The position numbers and the translations under genes were made by a program. DNA of 32,000 nucleotides from Mycolicibacterium smegmatis (GTDB lineage: Bacteria; Actinomycetota; Actinomycetes; Mycobacteriales; Mycobacteriaceae), in assembly GCF_001457595.1 (NCBI RefSeq), contig NZ_LN831039.1, positions 4,260,001 through 4,292,000 of the forward strand, read 5' to 3'. The notes under the pieces are model-generated. The model did not search any database. It saw nothing but the letters and a program-made list of their open reading frames with translations, and was not told the DNA's origin. The number at the start of each line of letters is the position of its first letter. The stretch's first letter is position 1. Shown piece after piece: positions 1 through 9,139 of this stretch.

Positions 1-164
1 TGGCGCCGTCGCATACAGCATCCGCGTCGCATGGCCCTCACACAGGTGGCGGTGCGGTGCGTGGAAGTGTCAGAGGCGGTCACATCGCCAGAGTAGTCCG
101 TCCATTCGACAAACCGGGTCGCGCAACCGTCTCGACGGCACGTCGAAGGGCTTACGCTGGCAGT

Positions 165-1043
165 GTGACATCGTCGTATCCCCCCGTCGGCCGGCCCGCC
201 GACCTGCCCGAACTGGAGAACGCCATCGTCGTGGCGGCGTTCGAGGGCTGGAATGACGCCGGTGACGCGGCAAGTGACGCGCTGGACCATCTGGATGCGA
301 TCTGGGAAGCCGAGACGATCGTCGAGATCGATGACGAGTCGTATTACGACTATCAGGTCAACCGACCGGTGATCCGCCAGGTCGACGGCGTGACGCGCGA
401 GCTCGTGTGGCCGTCGATGCGGATCTCGTACTGCCGCCCGCCGGGCAGTGACCGTGACGTGGTGCTCATGCACGGCGTCGAACCGAACATGCGCTGGCGG
501 ACCTTCTGTGCCGAACTGCTCGCGATCGCCGACAAGCTCAACGTGCAGACCGTGGTGATCCTCGGCGCGCTGCTGGCCGATACGCCCCACACCCGCCCCG
601 TGCCGGTGTCAGGGGCCGCGTACTCGGCCGAGTCGGCCAAGTTCTTCGGCCTCGAAGAGACCCGCTACGAGGGCCCGACCGGGATCGCCGGGGTGTTCCA
701 GGACGCGTGCGTGCAGGCCGGGATCCCGGCGGTGACGTTCTGGGCCGCGATCCCCCACTACGTGTCACAGCCGCCGAACCCCAAGGCGACGGTCGCGTTG
801 CTGCAGCGGGTCGAGGACGTCCTCGACGTCGAGGTGCCGCTGGCCGACCTGCCGCAGCAGGCCGAGGAGTGGGAGGCCGCGGTCACCGAGATGACGGCCG
901 AGGACGAGGAGATCGCCGAGTACGTCACCTCGCTGGAGCAGCGCGGCGACGCCGAGGTCGACCTGCACGAGGTGTTGGGCAAGATCGACGGCGACGCGCT
1001 GGCGGCGGAGTTCGAGCGCTACCTGCGGCGCAGGGGCCGCTAG
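165..1043 (+). CDS. PAC2 (proteasome assembly chaperone 2-like) family protein, Rv2125-like
   Basis: This is the ORF 57..1043. An internal GTG at 165 (VTSSYPPVGRPADLPELENAIVVAAFEGWNDAGDAAS...) gives 292 aa, about the size I recall for Rv2125. It is the first gene of a block colinear with Rv2125-Rv2141c. The start codon is uncertain (57 or 165). Confidence 0.8.
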   Translation: MTSSYPPVGRPADLPELENAIVVAAFEGWNDAGDAASDALDHLDAIWEAETIVEIDDESYYDYQVNRPVIRQVDGVTRELVWPSMRISYCRPPGSDRDVVLMHGVEPNMRWRTFCAELLAIADKLNVQTVVILGALLADTPHTRPVPVSGAAYSAESAKFFGLEETRYEGPTGIAGVFQDACVQAGIPAVTFWAAIPHYVSQPPNPKATVALLQRVEDVLDVEVPLADLPQQAEEWEAAVTEMTAEDEEIAEYVTSLEQRGDAEVDLHEVLGKIDGDALAAEFERYLRRRGR

Positions 1044-2497
1044 ATCTTCTCGGGCTTGGGTGCCTGCCACGTGCCGTTGAGCGCGTCCGGCTTGGGCCAG
1101 TAGAGCCGCAGGACCAGCGTGAACGGCCCCTTGGGCGCGGGCAGCCAGTTGGCCTCGTTCTCCGGTGGCTGGGTGTTCTGGATGCGCAGCGTGTAGGCGC
1201 CGTCCGGGTCGGGCACCAGGCTGGGCAGCATCTCGGAGTTGATCAGGTACCGGTCGATGGGATTGTCGACGAGTTGGCTGGACGGCAGCTCGTACATGGT
1301 CAGCGACCAGAACGCGTTGACAGGCGGCAACTGATCGGGCGCGAACCGGTAGGTGTAGGAGTTGGTGCCGGTCAGCGGCTGTCCGTCGGCGTCGAGCATC
1401 GCCGACGGGTACAGGGCCTCGGCCGCGGTGTTGCCGTAGATGCCCAGGACCGCGCCGGCCATGCGATACAGGTAGTTGCCCTTGAGGTCGTCGGCCGTGC
1501 CGAACAACTGCGCCGACCCGACCTCGCCGGTGTCCACCTTGTCCTGCTTGAACCGGTCGAACTCGACCCACGCGTTGGCCATACCGTCCTCGATCGCCTC
1601 GCGGGTCTCAGGGCTCAGCTTGTCTGCGTCGAAATCACCGTCGGGCCCGATCCCGATGCGCGCGAAACGGTCGCGCATCTCCTGCTCCTCGGGCTTGACC
1701 GGGGCGAACCGCAGCGCGGCGTTGAGGATCTCGAAGAACTGCGGCGAGGTCTTCTGCGCCTCGGGCGTCAGGGGCGGGGTGAAGTCGATGGGCGGGGCCG
1801 CGGGCGGCGACGACTGCTTGAGATACACCGACAGTGGCGCCACCTGATAGCCGGCCTGGATCTTCTTGACGTTGTCCAGGTCACGCGGTCCGAACAGTTG
1901 CGTGCGGTACAGCACGAACGCCAGGTCGGTGTCGGAGCGGATGATCTGGTCGACCCCCTCGGGTTTCTCACCCTCCCAGCCCGGCCCGGCCAGCAGGTAC
2001 CGCCCACCGCCGTTGCCCGTCGTACGGCTGCCGACATAGGCGACGTTGTAGGTGTAGCCGTCGACGAACTGCAGCGAGTAGTAGCGGTTCTGTTCGATCG
2101 GCGGGACGGTGAACACGAGCGGTTCGGTGCGCAGGTCCGCGCCGACGAACGAGTACGGGGTGTCCGCGTTCGGGGTCTGGATCGCCTTGTCGGCCGGCGT
2201 GTACAGCCGGGCCGTGTTGTGGACCTCGTTGAATCCGCCCTTGTACTCGGGATCGGTCTTGTCGACGAAGTAGGAGTACTGCACGCGGTAGTTGTCGACC
2301 AGCGGGAAGCCCCAGATGTAGGCGTCCTTGGCGATCGCCCGGATCTCCGCGGGCGTCGGCGGCGCCTGCTGCGCCGGCGGCGGGGCAGACTCGGTGGGTT
2401 GGTCGTCGGTGCGGGTGGCACATCCGGCCAGCGCGGCGACGAGCACAAGGATCCAGACCGGGACGAGGATCGGGCGCAGACTGCCCGTCTGGCGCAT
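1040..2497 (-). CDS. Secreted lipoprotein with DUF1254 + DUF1214 domains
   Basis: An internal ATG at 2495-2497 gives MRQTGSLRPILVPVWILVLVAALAGC, a signal peptide with lipobox LAGC. DUF1254-like segments are KDAYIWGFPLVDNYR and RYYSLQFVDGYTYN. DUF1214-like segments are AFWSLTMYE and NWLPAPKGPFTLVLRLYWP. The start overlaps the upstream stop in ATGA (2495-2499). Confidence 0.8.
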   Translation of the reverse strand: MRQTGSLRPILVPVWILVLVAALAGCATRTDDQPTESAPPPAQQAPPTPAEIRAIAKDAYIWGFPLVDNYRVQYSYFVDKTDPEYKGGFNEVHNTARLYTPADKAIQTPNADTPYSFVGADLRTEPLVFTVPPIEQNRYYSLQFVDGYTYNVAYVGSRTTGNGGGRYLLAGPGWEGEKPEGVDQIIRSDTDLAFVLYRTQLFGPRDLDNVKKIQAGYQVAPLSVYLKQSSPPAAPPIDFTPPLTPEAQKTSPQFFEILNAALRFAPVKPEEQEMRDRFARIGIGPDGDFDADKLSPETREAIEDGMANAWVEFDRFKQDKVDTGEVGSAQLFGTADDLKGNYLYRMAGAVLGIYGNTAAEALYPSAMLDADGQPLTGTNSYTYRFAPDQLPPVNAFWSLTMYELPSSQLVDNPIDRYLINSEMLPSLVPDPDGAYTLRIQNTQPPENEANWLPAPKGPFTLVLRLYWPKPDALNGTWQAPKPEKI

Positions 2498-3384
2498 CAC
2501 CGCTTCTCGATCGACTCGGTGTGCGCGCTGCTCGATCTGCCCAGCGCGGCGACCTCGGCGTCCATCCGCGGCAGCAGGTCGGGTACGAACCGCAGCACCG
2601 GCAACTCCCCCAGGCGCGTCGACAGGATCGGCTTGAGCCAGCGGAACGCCTCGACCCAACCCGGGCAGTTGATACGGCGCGCGCGCCGCTCGATGCCCTT
2701 GACGAACGCCTCGCCGCAGGCCGAAACAGACGTGGTGGACGACAGCGGAGGCGGCAGCTTGGACAGCATCTCGCCGAACGTCGACAGATCGGCCTTGCTG
2801 TCGTTGACCATCGCGGTGTCGATCCAACTCATGTGCGCCGATCCGACGTCGACGCCGCGGTGGGCGACCTCGAGCCGCAGCGCGTTGGCGAACTGTTCGA
2901 CGGCGGCCTTTGACGCGTTGTACGGCGCCAGGCCCGGCGACGCGGCATACGCCGCGAGCGACGACACGATCAGCACGTAACCGCGCCGCTCGATCACCGA
3001 CGGCAGCGTCGCGCGCACCGTGTGGAACACGCCGAGCACGTTGATGTCGAGCAGACGCTTGAACGCCTCGGGATCGACCTGCTGCACCGATCCGTAGCTG
3101 GCGACACCGGCGTTGGCCACCACGACGTCGATACCGCCGAACCGTTCGACCGCCGCGTCGGCCGCGGCCTTCATCGCAGCGAGGTCACGCACATCGGCGA
3201 CGGCGGTCGCGACGTCCTCACCGAGGGTGTCGGCGTGCGCCTTCAGGGCGTCGGCATCGACGTCGACGAGCATCAGCTTGGCGCCCTTGCGGTACAGGCG
3301 GCGCGAAACCTCGGCTCCGACACCGGCTCCGCCGCCCGTGATGAAAACGACTTTCCCGCCGAGTGAGGCTGTGCGTGATCCCAT
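2497..3384 (-). CDS. Short-chain dehydrogenase/reductase (SDR), Rv2129c-like
   Basis: The ATG at 3382-3384 gives MGSRTASLGGKVVFITGGGAGVGAE, with the Rossmann motif TGxxxGxG. NAG is present (VVVANAGVA), as is the catalytic S...YxxxK (YNASKAA). Length is 295 aa, and it sits next to mshC as in M. tuberculosis. Confidence 0.85.
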   Translation of the reverse strand: MGSRTASLGGKVVFITGGGAGVGAEVSRRLYRKGAKLMLVDVDADALKAHADTLGEDVATAVADVRDLAAMKAAADAAVERFGGIDVVVANAGVASYGSVQQVDPEAFKRLLDINVLGVFHTVRATLPSVIERRGYVLIVSSLAAYAASPGLAPYNASKAAVEQFANALRLEVAHRGVDVGSAHMSWIDTAMVNDSKADLSTFGEMLSKLPPPLSSTTSVSACGEAFVKGIERRARRINCPGWVEAFRWLKPILSTRLGELPVLRFVPDLLPRMDAEVAALGRSSSAHTESIEKR

Positions 3385-3409
3385 GGCGGCCAACGTACCG
3401 CCCGTGAAG

Positions 3410-4648
3410 TTAGAGGTCCACACCCAGCAACGCGTCGACGGTGGTGGCCACGAGCCGCGGCGACTCGGTGTCGTGCCCACCGTAGGACAGCGCGTCGGTA
3501 CACCAACCATCGAGTGCGGCAAGCGCTTTCGGCGTGTCCAGGTCATCGGCCAGGTACTGCCGGACGCGCGCGATCACGTCGGTCGCATCGGGCGCCTCGG
3601 GCAATGCGGTGGCACTGCGCCACCGCGCGAGTCGCGCGTTGGCCTCGTCGAGAACCTCGTTGCTCCAGAACCGGTCCTCGCGGTAGTGCCCGGAGAACAG
3701 GCCGAGCCGGATCGCCGACGGGTCGACGCCCTGGGCGCGCAACTGCGACACCAGGACCAGGTTGCCGCGGCTCTTGCTCATCTTGTGGCCGTCCCAGCCG
3801 ATCATGCCGGTGTGCACGTAGTGGCGTGCGAATCGTCGCTCACCGGTGACGGATTCGGCGTGCGCGGCCGAATACTCGTGGTGCGGGAAGATGAGGTCGC
3901 TGCCGCCGCCCTGGATGTCGAGGCCGGTGCCGATCCGCGTCAGGGCGATCGCCGAACATTCCACGTGCCAGCCGGGCCGGCCCCGGCCGAACGGCGAAGG
4001 CCAGCTGGGCTCGCCAGGACGCTCGGCGCGCCACAGCAACGCGTCGAGTTGATCGGACTTGCCCGGGCGGTCCGGGTCCCCGCCGCGTTCGGCGAACAAC
4101 GTGAGCATGGTGTCGCGGTCGTAGCCGGACTCGTACCCGAACTGCGCGGTGGCGTCGGCGCGGAAGTACACGTCGGGGTACTCGGCGTCCTCGACGATGT
4201 ACGCCGCACCCGAGGCCAGCAGCTTCTCGACCATCTCGACGACCTCGGCGATCGCGTCGGTCGCGGCGACGTAGTCGTGCGGGGGCAGCACGCGCAACGC
4301 GGCCATGTCCTCACGGAACAGCTGCGTCTCGCGGTCGCCCAGCGTCCGCCAGTCGATGCCGTCGCGCTCAGCACGCTCGAACAACGGGTCGTCCACGTCG
4401 GTGACGTTCTGGACGTACTGCACGGTGTGTCCGGCGTCGAGCCATAGGCGATGCACCAGGTCGAACGTCAGATAGGTCGCGGCGTGACCCAGATGGGTCG
4501 CGTCGTATGGGGTGATGCCGCACACGTACATGGTTGCGGTCGGTCCCGGTGTGACGGGCCGGACCTGGCGATCAGCGCTGTCGAAGAGGCGCAGCGCAGG
4601 GCCACGTCCCGGAACCACCGGAATCGCCGGTGCCGACCACGATTGCAT
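3410..4648 (-). CDS. mshC: L-cysteine:1D-myo-inositol 2-amino-2-deoxy-alpha-D-glucopyranoside ligase (mycothiol biosynthesis)
   Basis: [32 protein letters not shown]...[20 protein letters not shown] carries the class I aaRS HIGH-type motif, and KMSKS is present ([10 protein letters not shown]). Length from the ATG at 4646-4648 is 412 aa. It is a CysRS paralogue without an anticodon-binding tail, in the Rv2130c position. Confidence 0.93.
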   Translation of the reverse strand: MQSWSAPAIPVVPGRGPALRLFDSADRQVRPVTPGPTATMYVCGITPYDATHLGHAATYLTFDLVHRLWLDAGHTVQYVQNVTDVDDPLFERAERDGIDWRTLGDRETQLFREDMAALRVLPPHDYVAATDAIAEVVEMVEKLLASGAAYIVEDAEYPDVYFRADATAQFGYESGYDRDTMLTLFAERGGDPDRPGKSDQLDALLWRAERPGEPSWPSPFGRGRPGWHVECSAIALTRIGTGLDIQGGGSDLIFPHHEYSAAHAESVTGERRFARHYVHTGMIGWDGHKMSKSRGNLVLVSQLRAQGVDPSAIRLGLFSGHYREDRFWSNEVLDEANARLARWRSATALPEAPDATDVIARVRQYLADDLDTPKALAALDGWCTDALSYGGHDTESPRLVATTVDALLGVDL

Positions 4649-4771
4649 GGCGTCGACTTTAAGGTGCTCGCTCAGGACGGCCTCCCGCCGGTAGTCCCCC
4701 ACGTGTGAACCAATGACAATTCCCCGCCCGATTACATTCCCGCGACCGCGGACCGATTCTCCGCGCGGCCG

Positions 4772-5533
4772 TCACAAGGCGGCTCCGATCGCGTCGAGCA
4801 GCACGGGCGCCAGCTCACGCCGGCACATCACGAAGTCCGGAAGGTACGGGTCTTCGCGGTTGTACCGCAACTCCGAGCCGTCCAGCCGGGACGCGTGCAT
4901 GCCCGCCGCGAGCAGCACACCGGCCGGAGCCGCGGAATCCCACTCCCACTGGCCGCCGGCGTGGATGTAGGCGTCGACGTCGCCGCGGACCACGGCCATC
5001 GCCTTGGCACCTGCCGAGCCGATGCGCACCATGCGGAAGTCGAGGTGCTCGCGCATGCGCCACAGCACCGCGGGCGGGCGGTTGGAGCTCGCGGTGATCA
5101 GGATCGGCCCCGGCTCGCGCGGCGGCGGCGGGGTGATCGTGTCGCTGCGATAGACCTCGCCGCGCGCAGGCAGCGCCACGACAGCGTCGGACAGGCCGCC
5201 GTCGACGCCCACCGAGCGCTGCCACAGCGCGATGTGCACGGCCCAGTCCTCGCGGCCGGGCATGGAGAACTCGCGGGTGCCGTCGACCGGGTCGACGATC
5301 CACACGCGGTCGGCACGGACGCGGGCGAGATTGTCGGCGGCCTCCTCGCTGAGCACCGAATCACTGGGCCTGGCCTCGGCCAGGCGCTTGAGGATCAGGG
5401 CGTTGGACCGCCGGTCCCCCTCGTCGCCGAGGTAGTACGGGTCGTAGAACCCGACCTCCTCACGGATCCCCAGCAACAGCTCGCCGGCCTCCTTGGCTAC
5501 TGCAGCGGCCAGTTCGGCATCGGTCGATGTCAC
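4772..5533 (-). CDS. cysQ: 3'-phosphoadenosine 5'-phosphate (PAP) phosphatase, IMPase superfamily
   Basis: IMPase motifs are [12 protein letters not shown] and [16 protein letters not shown], and it occupies the Rv2131c position next to mshC. The start is uncertain: GTG at 5533 ([12 protein letters not shown]...) or the ORF-track GTG at 5635, whose extra 34 aa are Pro/Gly-rich and non-homologous-looking. Confidence 0.85.
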   Translation of the reverse strand: MTSTDAELAAAVAKEAGELLLGIREEVGFYDPYYLGDEGDRRSNALILKRLAEARPSDSVLSEEAADNLARVRADRVWIVDPVDGTREFSMPGREDWAVHIALWQRSVGVDGGLSDAVVALPARGEVYRSDTITPPPPREPGPILITASSNRPPAVLWRMREHLDFRMVRIGSAGAKAMAVVRGDVDAYIHAGGQWEWDSAAPAGVLLAAGMHASRLDGSELRYNREDPYLPDFVMCRRELAPVLLDAIGAAL

Positions 5534-5675
5534 CGTCCCAGTATCGGTGCCCGCCGGAATCGGTGCGGTGCCGGGGCCGAAACCGGCCTTAGATTCACAC
5601 CAACCACGCAGCCAGGGCGGTGTCGCAGGCCGCACGTGGCGTCTGGAATCCGTTCGGAGGTTTGGGGCGGGCCCG

Positions 5676-6524
5676 CTAGAACGCCGGCCACGGGATCGGG
5701 CGGTGCCGATCCGGTGTGGGCATCACCGGGTTGTTCAGCATCGCAACGATTCTGGCGCGCAGTGCGGCGATCTCGCGGTCGGTGATGTGCCCGCACAGTT
5801 GCTCGGCCAGTCCGGTGTTGAACCCGTCCCGCAGGGCCGCGATGTCGGCCAGGGTGTCGTCGTCGATGGGCTTGCCTGCCCATCCCCACAGCACGGTGCG
5901 CAGCTTGTCCTCGACGTGCAGCGTGACACCGTGGTCGACGCCGTAGACCCCGCCGTCGACGCCGCTGAGCACGTGACCGCCCTTGCGGTCGGCGTTGTTG
6001 ATCAGCACGTCGAACACCGCGAGGCGGAACAGCCGCGGATCGTCGGCATGCACCAGGGTGACCTCGTCGCCGGCGTAGTCGTAGGCCTGCAGGATCGGCA
6101 GGAAACCCGGCGGAACCTGGCCGGCAGGCAGCAGATCCACCAGGTCGGGGCCGGTGTCCGGATCGTCGCCGACCTCGTCACCGGGCTGATCGACCCACCG
6201 CTGCACCATGCCCGGCCCGGCCGGGCCGTCACGAACGATGGTGTGGGGCACCAGGTTCCAGCCGAGCGCGGCCGACACCAGGTACGCGCCGCGCTCGCGG
6301 CCCGCCAGGGTGCCGTCCGGGAAATCCCACAGCGGTGCCTCGCCCGCCACGGGCTTGTACACGCAGTGCACCTGCCGATCGCCCAGATGCGACTCGCACA
6401 GGAATGTCGCGTTGCTGGCCGAGCGGATCCGGCCGATGACGGTCAATTCCCCGCGCTCCAGCACCTCGATGTCGGGGCTGTCGTCGGGCTCGCCGCTGGC
6501 CGCGCCGCTAACCTCCGAAGTCAT
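5676..6524 (-). CDS. SCO1664-family protein with PI3/PI4-kinase-like catalytic core (Rv2133c-like)
   Basis: An internal ATG at 6522-6524 gives [15 protein letters not shown].... A kinase-like catalytic loop ([14 protein letters not shown]) and a DFG-like GVDHG are present. The 5' part of the 418-aa ORF is out-of-frame read-through of the upstream gene region. The start overlaps the upstream gene by 17 nt. Confidence 0.8.
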   Translation of the reverse strand: MTSEVSGAASGEPDDSPDIEVLERGELTVIGRIRSASNATFLCESHLGDRQVHCVYKPVAGEAPLWDFPDGTLAGRERGAYLVSAALGWNLVPHTIVRDGPAGPGMVQRWVDQPGDEVGDDPDTGPDLVDLLPAGQVPPGFLPILQAYDYAGDEVTLVHADDPRLFRLAVFDVLINNADRKGGHVLSGVDGGVYGVDHGVTLHVEDKLRTVLWGWAGKPIDDDTLADIAALRDGFNTGLAEQLCGHITDREIAALRARIVAMLNNPVMPTPDRHRPIPWPAF

Positions 6525-7095
6525 CTTCGGCTTCGGCCGCGGCACCCCGCAGATAGCCATTGGTGCGGACGCAGATGTGACCGTCGGGATCCAGCGGTTC
6601 TTCGCACAGCGGGCACGGCGGCCGACCGGCCGAGATGACGCGGTTGGACCTCGCCGCGAACTCCCGCGCCGACTCCGGGGTGAGGAACACCCGCACGGCG
6701 TCAGGGCCGTCCTCGGCGTCGTCGAGCACGACCGACGCGTCGAACTCGCCGTCGGACACCGCGAGCAGTTCCACGACGATGGTCTGGGCCTCCGAGTCCC
6801 ACCCCAGCCCCATGGTTCCGACACGGAACTCGGCGTCCACGGGCGTGATGAGCGGACGCAGGTCCTGGATCTCGCCGGTGTCGGGCGGGATGGGCGTGCC
6901 GAACCGGCGGTTGACCTCCAGCAGAAGCGCATCGATACGTTCGGCCAGAACGGCTACCTGCTGCTTTTCGAGCACGACCGAGATCACTCGCTTGTCGTGC
7001 ACCGCTTGCAGGTAGAACGTCCGATTTCCGGGTTGGCCGACCGTCCCGGCCACGAAGCGGTCGGGCGTGCGGAAGACATGAATTGCGCGGGCCAT
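6508..7095 (-). CDS. DUF3090-family protein (Rv2134c-like) with C-terminal Cys/His cluster
   Basis: An internal ATG at 7093-7095 gives MARAIHVFRTPDRFVAGTVGQPGNRTFYLQA.... The C-terminal CPLCEEPLDPDGHIC is a zinc-ribbon-like motif. Length is 195 aa. Confidence 0.8.
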   Translation of the reverse strand: MARAIHVFRTPDRFVAGTVGQPGNRTFYLQAVHDKRVISVVLEKQQVAVLAERIDALLLEVNRRFGTPIPPDTGEIQDLRPLITPVDAEFRVGTMGLGWDSEAQTIVVELLAVSDGEFDASVVLDDAEDGPDAVRVFLTPESAREFAARSNRVISAGRPPCPLCEEPLDPDGHICVRTNGYLRGAAAEAEDDFGG

Positions 7096-7130
7096 GGCAC
7101 CTTCCAAAATACCGTTATCGGCGCGCCGGG

Positions 7131-7802
7131 TCAGTCGGTGGACCCACCGACGACCGCGTCGGTCTTCGGTTCGGCGGCCAGTCCGGCGCTCAGTTGCGGG
7201 CCGGTGTGATTGATGTGCATGACGAACGGGCGCAGCTCGGTGTAGCGGACCACGCTCATGGACGCCGGGTCGGCGGTGATGCGCTGGAAGCCGTCGAGGT
7301 GCACCCCGAGGGCATCGGCCAGCACGGCCTTGATCACGTCGCCGTGGGTGCAGGCCACCCACAACACGTCGGCGCCGTGCTCGGCGGCCAGCGCGCGGTC
7401 GCGTTCGCGGACCGCGGCCACCGCGCGGGCCTGCACCTGCGCGAGCCCCTCGCCTTCAGGGAACACCGCGGCGCTTGGCTGGGCCTGCACGACGCTCCAC
7501 AGCGGCTCTTTGAGCAGGTCGGAGATCTTGCGCCCGGTCCAGCTGCCGTAGTCGACCTCGGTGAGCCGTTCGTCGACGATCGGTTGCAGACCGAGTGCCG
7601 TGGCCAGCGGATCCACGGTGCGCTCGCAGCGCAGCATGGGCGAACGCACGATCGCCCGCACCGGCAGATCCCCGATGCGGCTCACCACACCTTCGGCCTG
7701 CTCGCGGCCCCGGTCGTCGAGGTCGACGCCGTCGGACCGGCCGGCCAGCGTGTGGGCGGTGTTGGAGGTGGAGCGGCCGTGCCGCAGCAGGATGACAGTC
7801 AT
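7131..7802 (-). CDS. Histidine phosphatase / probable phosphomutase (Rv2135c-like; 'MSMEG_4193 family' as I recall the TIGRFAM name)
   Basis: MTVILLRHGRSTSN carries the RHG catalytic motif of the phosphoglycerate mutase superfamily, and a second His is present (ACTHGDVIK). Length from the ATG at 7800-7802 is 223 aa. Confidence 0.85.
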   Translation of the reverse strand: MTVILLRHGRSTSNTAHTLAGRSDGVDLDDRGREQAEGVVSRIGDLPVRAIVRSPMLRCERTVDPLATALGLQPIVDERLTEVDYGSWTGRKISDLLKEPLWSVVQAQPSAAVFPEGEGLAQVQARAVAAVRERDRALAAEHGADVLWVACTHGDVIKAVLADALGVHLDGFQRITADPASMSVVRYTELRPFVMHINHTGPQLSAGLAAEPKTDAVVGGSTD

Positions 7803-7812
7803 TGGGCCGCTC

Positions 7813-8643
7813 TCATTGCGCCGCCAGTACCCCGGTGCCCAGCAGTGCGAGCACCACCACACCGAGGACCACGCGGTATCCGACAAACCAGTACATGCTG
7901 TGCGATACCAGGAATTTCAGGAACCAGGCAATCGCGGCGAATCCTACGACGAACGCGATGACCGTCGCGACGATCAGTTGCGGCCCGCTCGCGCTCATCC
8001 CCTCCCCGACCGGGTGGAACGCGTCGGGCAGGGAGAACAGGCCCGAGGCGAGCACAGCAGGGATCGCCAGCAGGAAGCCGAACCGCGCGGCCACCTCGCG
8101 TTTGAGCCCGAGGAACAGGCCCGCGCTGATGGTCGCCCCCGATCGCGACACCCCCGGCATGAGCGCAAGGCACTGCGCGAGGCCCACGATGACGCTGTCG
8201 CGCCACGTCAGCTGCTCGACCTGGCGGACCTGCCTGCCGTAGTACTCGGCCGCCGCGATCACCACCGAGAACACGATCAGCGCGGTGGCCACCAACCAGA
8301 GATTGCGTGCCCCCGTGCGGATTTCGTCCTTGAACAGCAGGCCGAACACCCCGATGGGAATGGTGCCGACGATGACGAACCAGCCGAGGCGGTAATCGGC
8401 GTCGCGGTGTTCAGGCGCGCGCAGACCCAGGAACCAGGCCTTGACGATCCGGCCGATGTCCTTCGCGAAATAGATCAGCACCGCGAACTCGGTGCCCAGT
8501 TGGGTGACCGCGGTGAACGAGGCGCCCGCGTCGTCGTCGAAGAACACCTGCGAGGTGATCGCCAGGTGGCCCGACGACGAAACCGGGAGAAACTCGGTGA
8601 GCCCCTGCACAATCGAGAGCACGATCACTTGCAGCCACGACAT
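7813..8643 (-). CDS. uppP: Undecaprenyl-diphosphate phosphatase
   Basis: [29 protein letters not shown] is the BacA/UppP signature, followed by [10 protein letters not shown]. It is a polytopic membrane protein. The ATG at 8641-8643 gives 276 aa. The track's GTG at 8661 would add 6 aa. Confidence 0.93.
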   Translation of the reverse strand: MSWLQVIVLSIVQGLTEFLPVSSSGHLAITSQVFFDDDAGASFTAVTQLGTEFAVLIYFAKDIGRIVKAWFLGLRAPEHRDADYRLGWFVIVGTIPIGVFGLLFKDEIRTGARNLWLVATALIVFSVVIAAAEYYGRQVRQVEQLTWRDSVIVGLAQCLALMPGVSRSGATISAGLFLGLKREVAARFGFLLAIPAVLASGLFSLPDAFHPVGEGMSASGPQLIVATVIAFVVGFAAIAWFLKFLVSHSMYWFVGYRVVLGVVVLALLGTGVLAAQ

Positions 8644-8733
8644 CGCAGGAACGTCAGTCACGACGACGACCGTACCGTGACGCCGCGTGTCATCACGCGT
8701 CCGGCGAGGGGGTGCGGTGCGATTCGGCGATCA

Positions 8734-8756
8734 GGCGCGGGTCTCAGGCCCGCGCC
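8734..8756. repeat. GC-rich inverted repeat (8-bp stem GGCGCGGG / CCCGCGCC, 7-nt loop) enclosing the stop codon of the 8744..9049 gene
   Basis: Read directly: arms are 8734-8741 and 8749-8756, and the loop contains TCA (the TGA stop on the minus strand). There is no U-tract. The function (terminator or stabiliser) is unproven. Confidence 0.25.
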
Positions 8757-9049
8757 AGGGGCTGCGCATCGGCGACGGCGTCGCGCACGGTGGCGGCCAG
8801 GCTGCGCTCGTCTGTGAGATCGATCTCGGTGAGTTTGCGGGTGGCGACGGCCACCACATCCTCTTCGGACGGCACGGGCCCCGACAGCCGCGGCCGGTAC
8901 ACCTCGATCACGAGTTGCTGGCGCTCGATGTGAAAGGAAAACGTCTTGCCGTCGCCCACCTGGCCAAACCCACTGGCGAACACACCTGTGGTGATGTCCT
9001 CGATAGCAAACTCGCTATGACTCAGTGCGACGTCGGCTGCGACGGTCAT
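8744..9049 (-). CDS. Conserved hypothetical protein (position of Rv2137c)
   Basis: This is a 101-aa ORF with normal-looking composition (MTVAADVALSHSEFAIEDITTGVFASGF...). It lies between uppP and the divergent lppL, as in M. tuberculosis. I recognise no domain. Confidence 0.6.
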   Translation of the reverse strand: MTVAADVALSHSEFAIEDITTGVFASGFGQVGDGKTFSFHIERQQLVIEVYRPRLSGPVPSEEDVVAVATRKLTEIDLTDERSLAATVRDAVADAQPLARA

Positions 9050-9139
9050 GCTGGCACCATACCTCTACTTATGCGGCGATTGTTTGACTACGCCACTAAA
9101 CGCCGGAGTAATACCCGATGCTTCCCGGCCTAAACTGAG

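Noticed and set aside
707-2980. 757-aa plus-strand ORF, together with the 765..1571, 1768..2448 and 1968..2423 ORFs, overlapping the lipoprotein and SDR genes
   Set aside because: The translations are Arg/Gly/Pro/Ala-rich with no recognisable motif. They are antisense or out of frame to genes with clear family signatures. Long spurious ORFs are expected at this G+C content.
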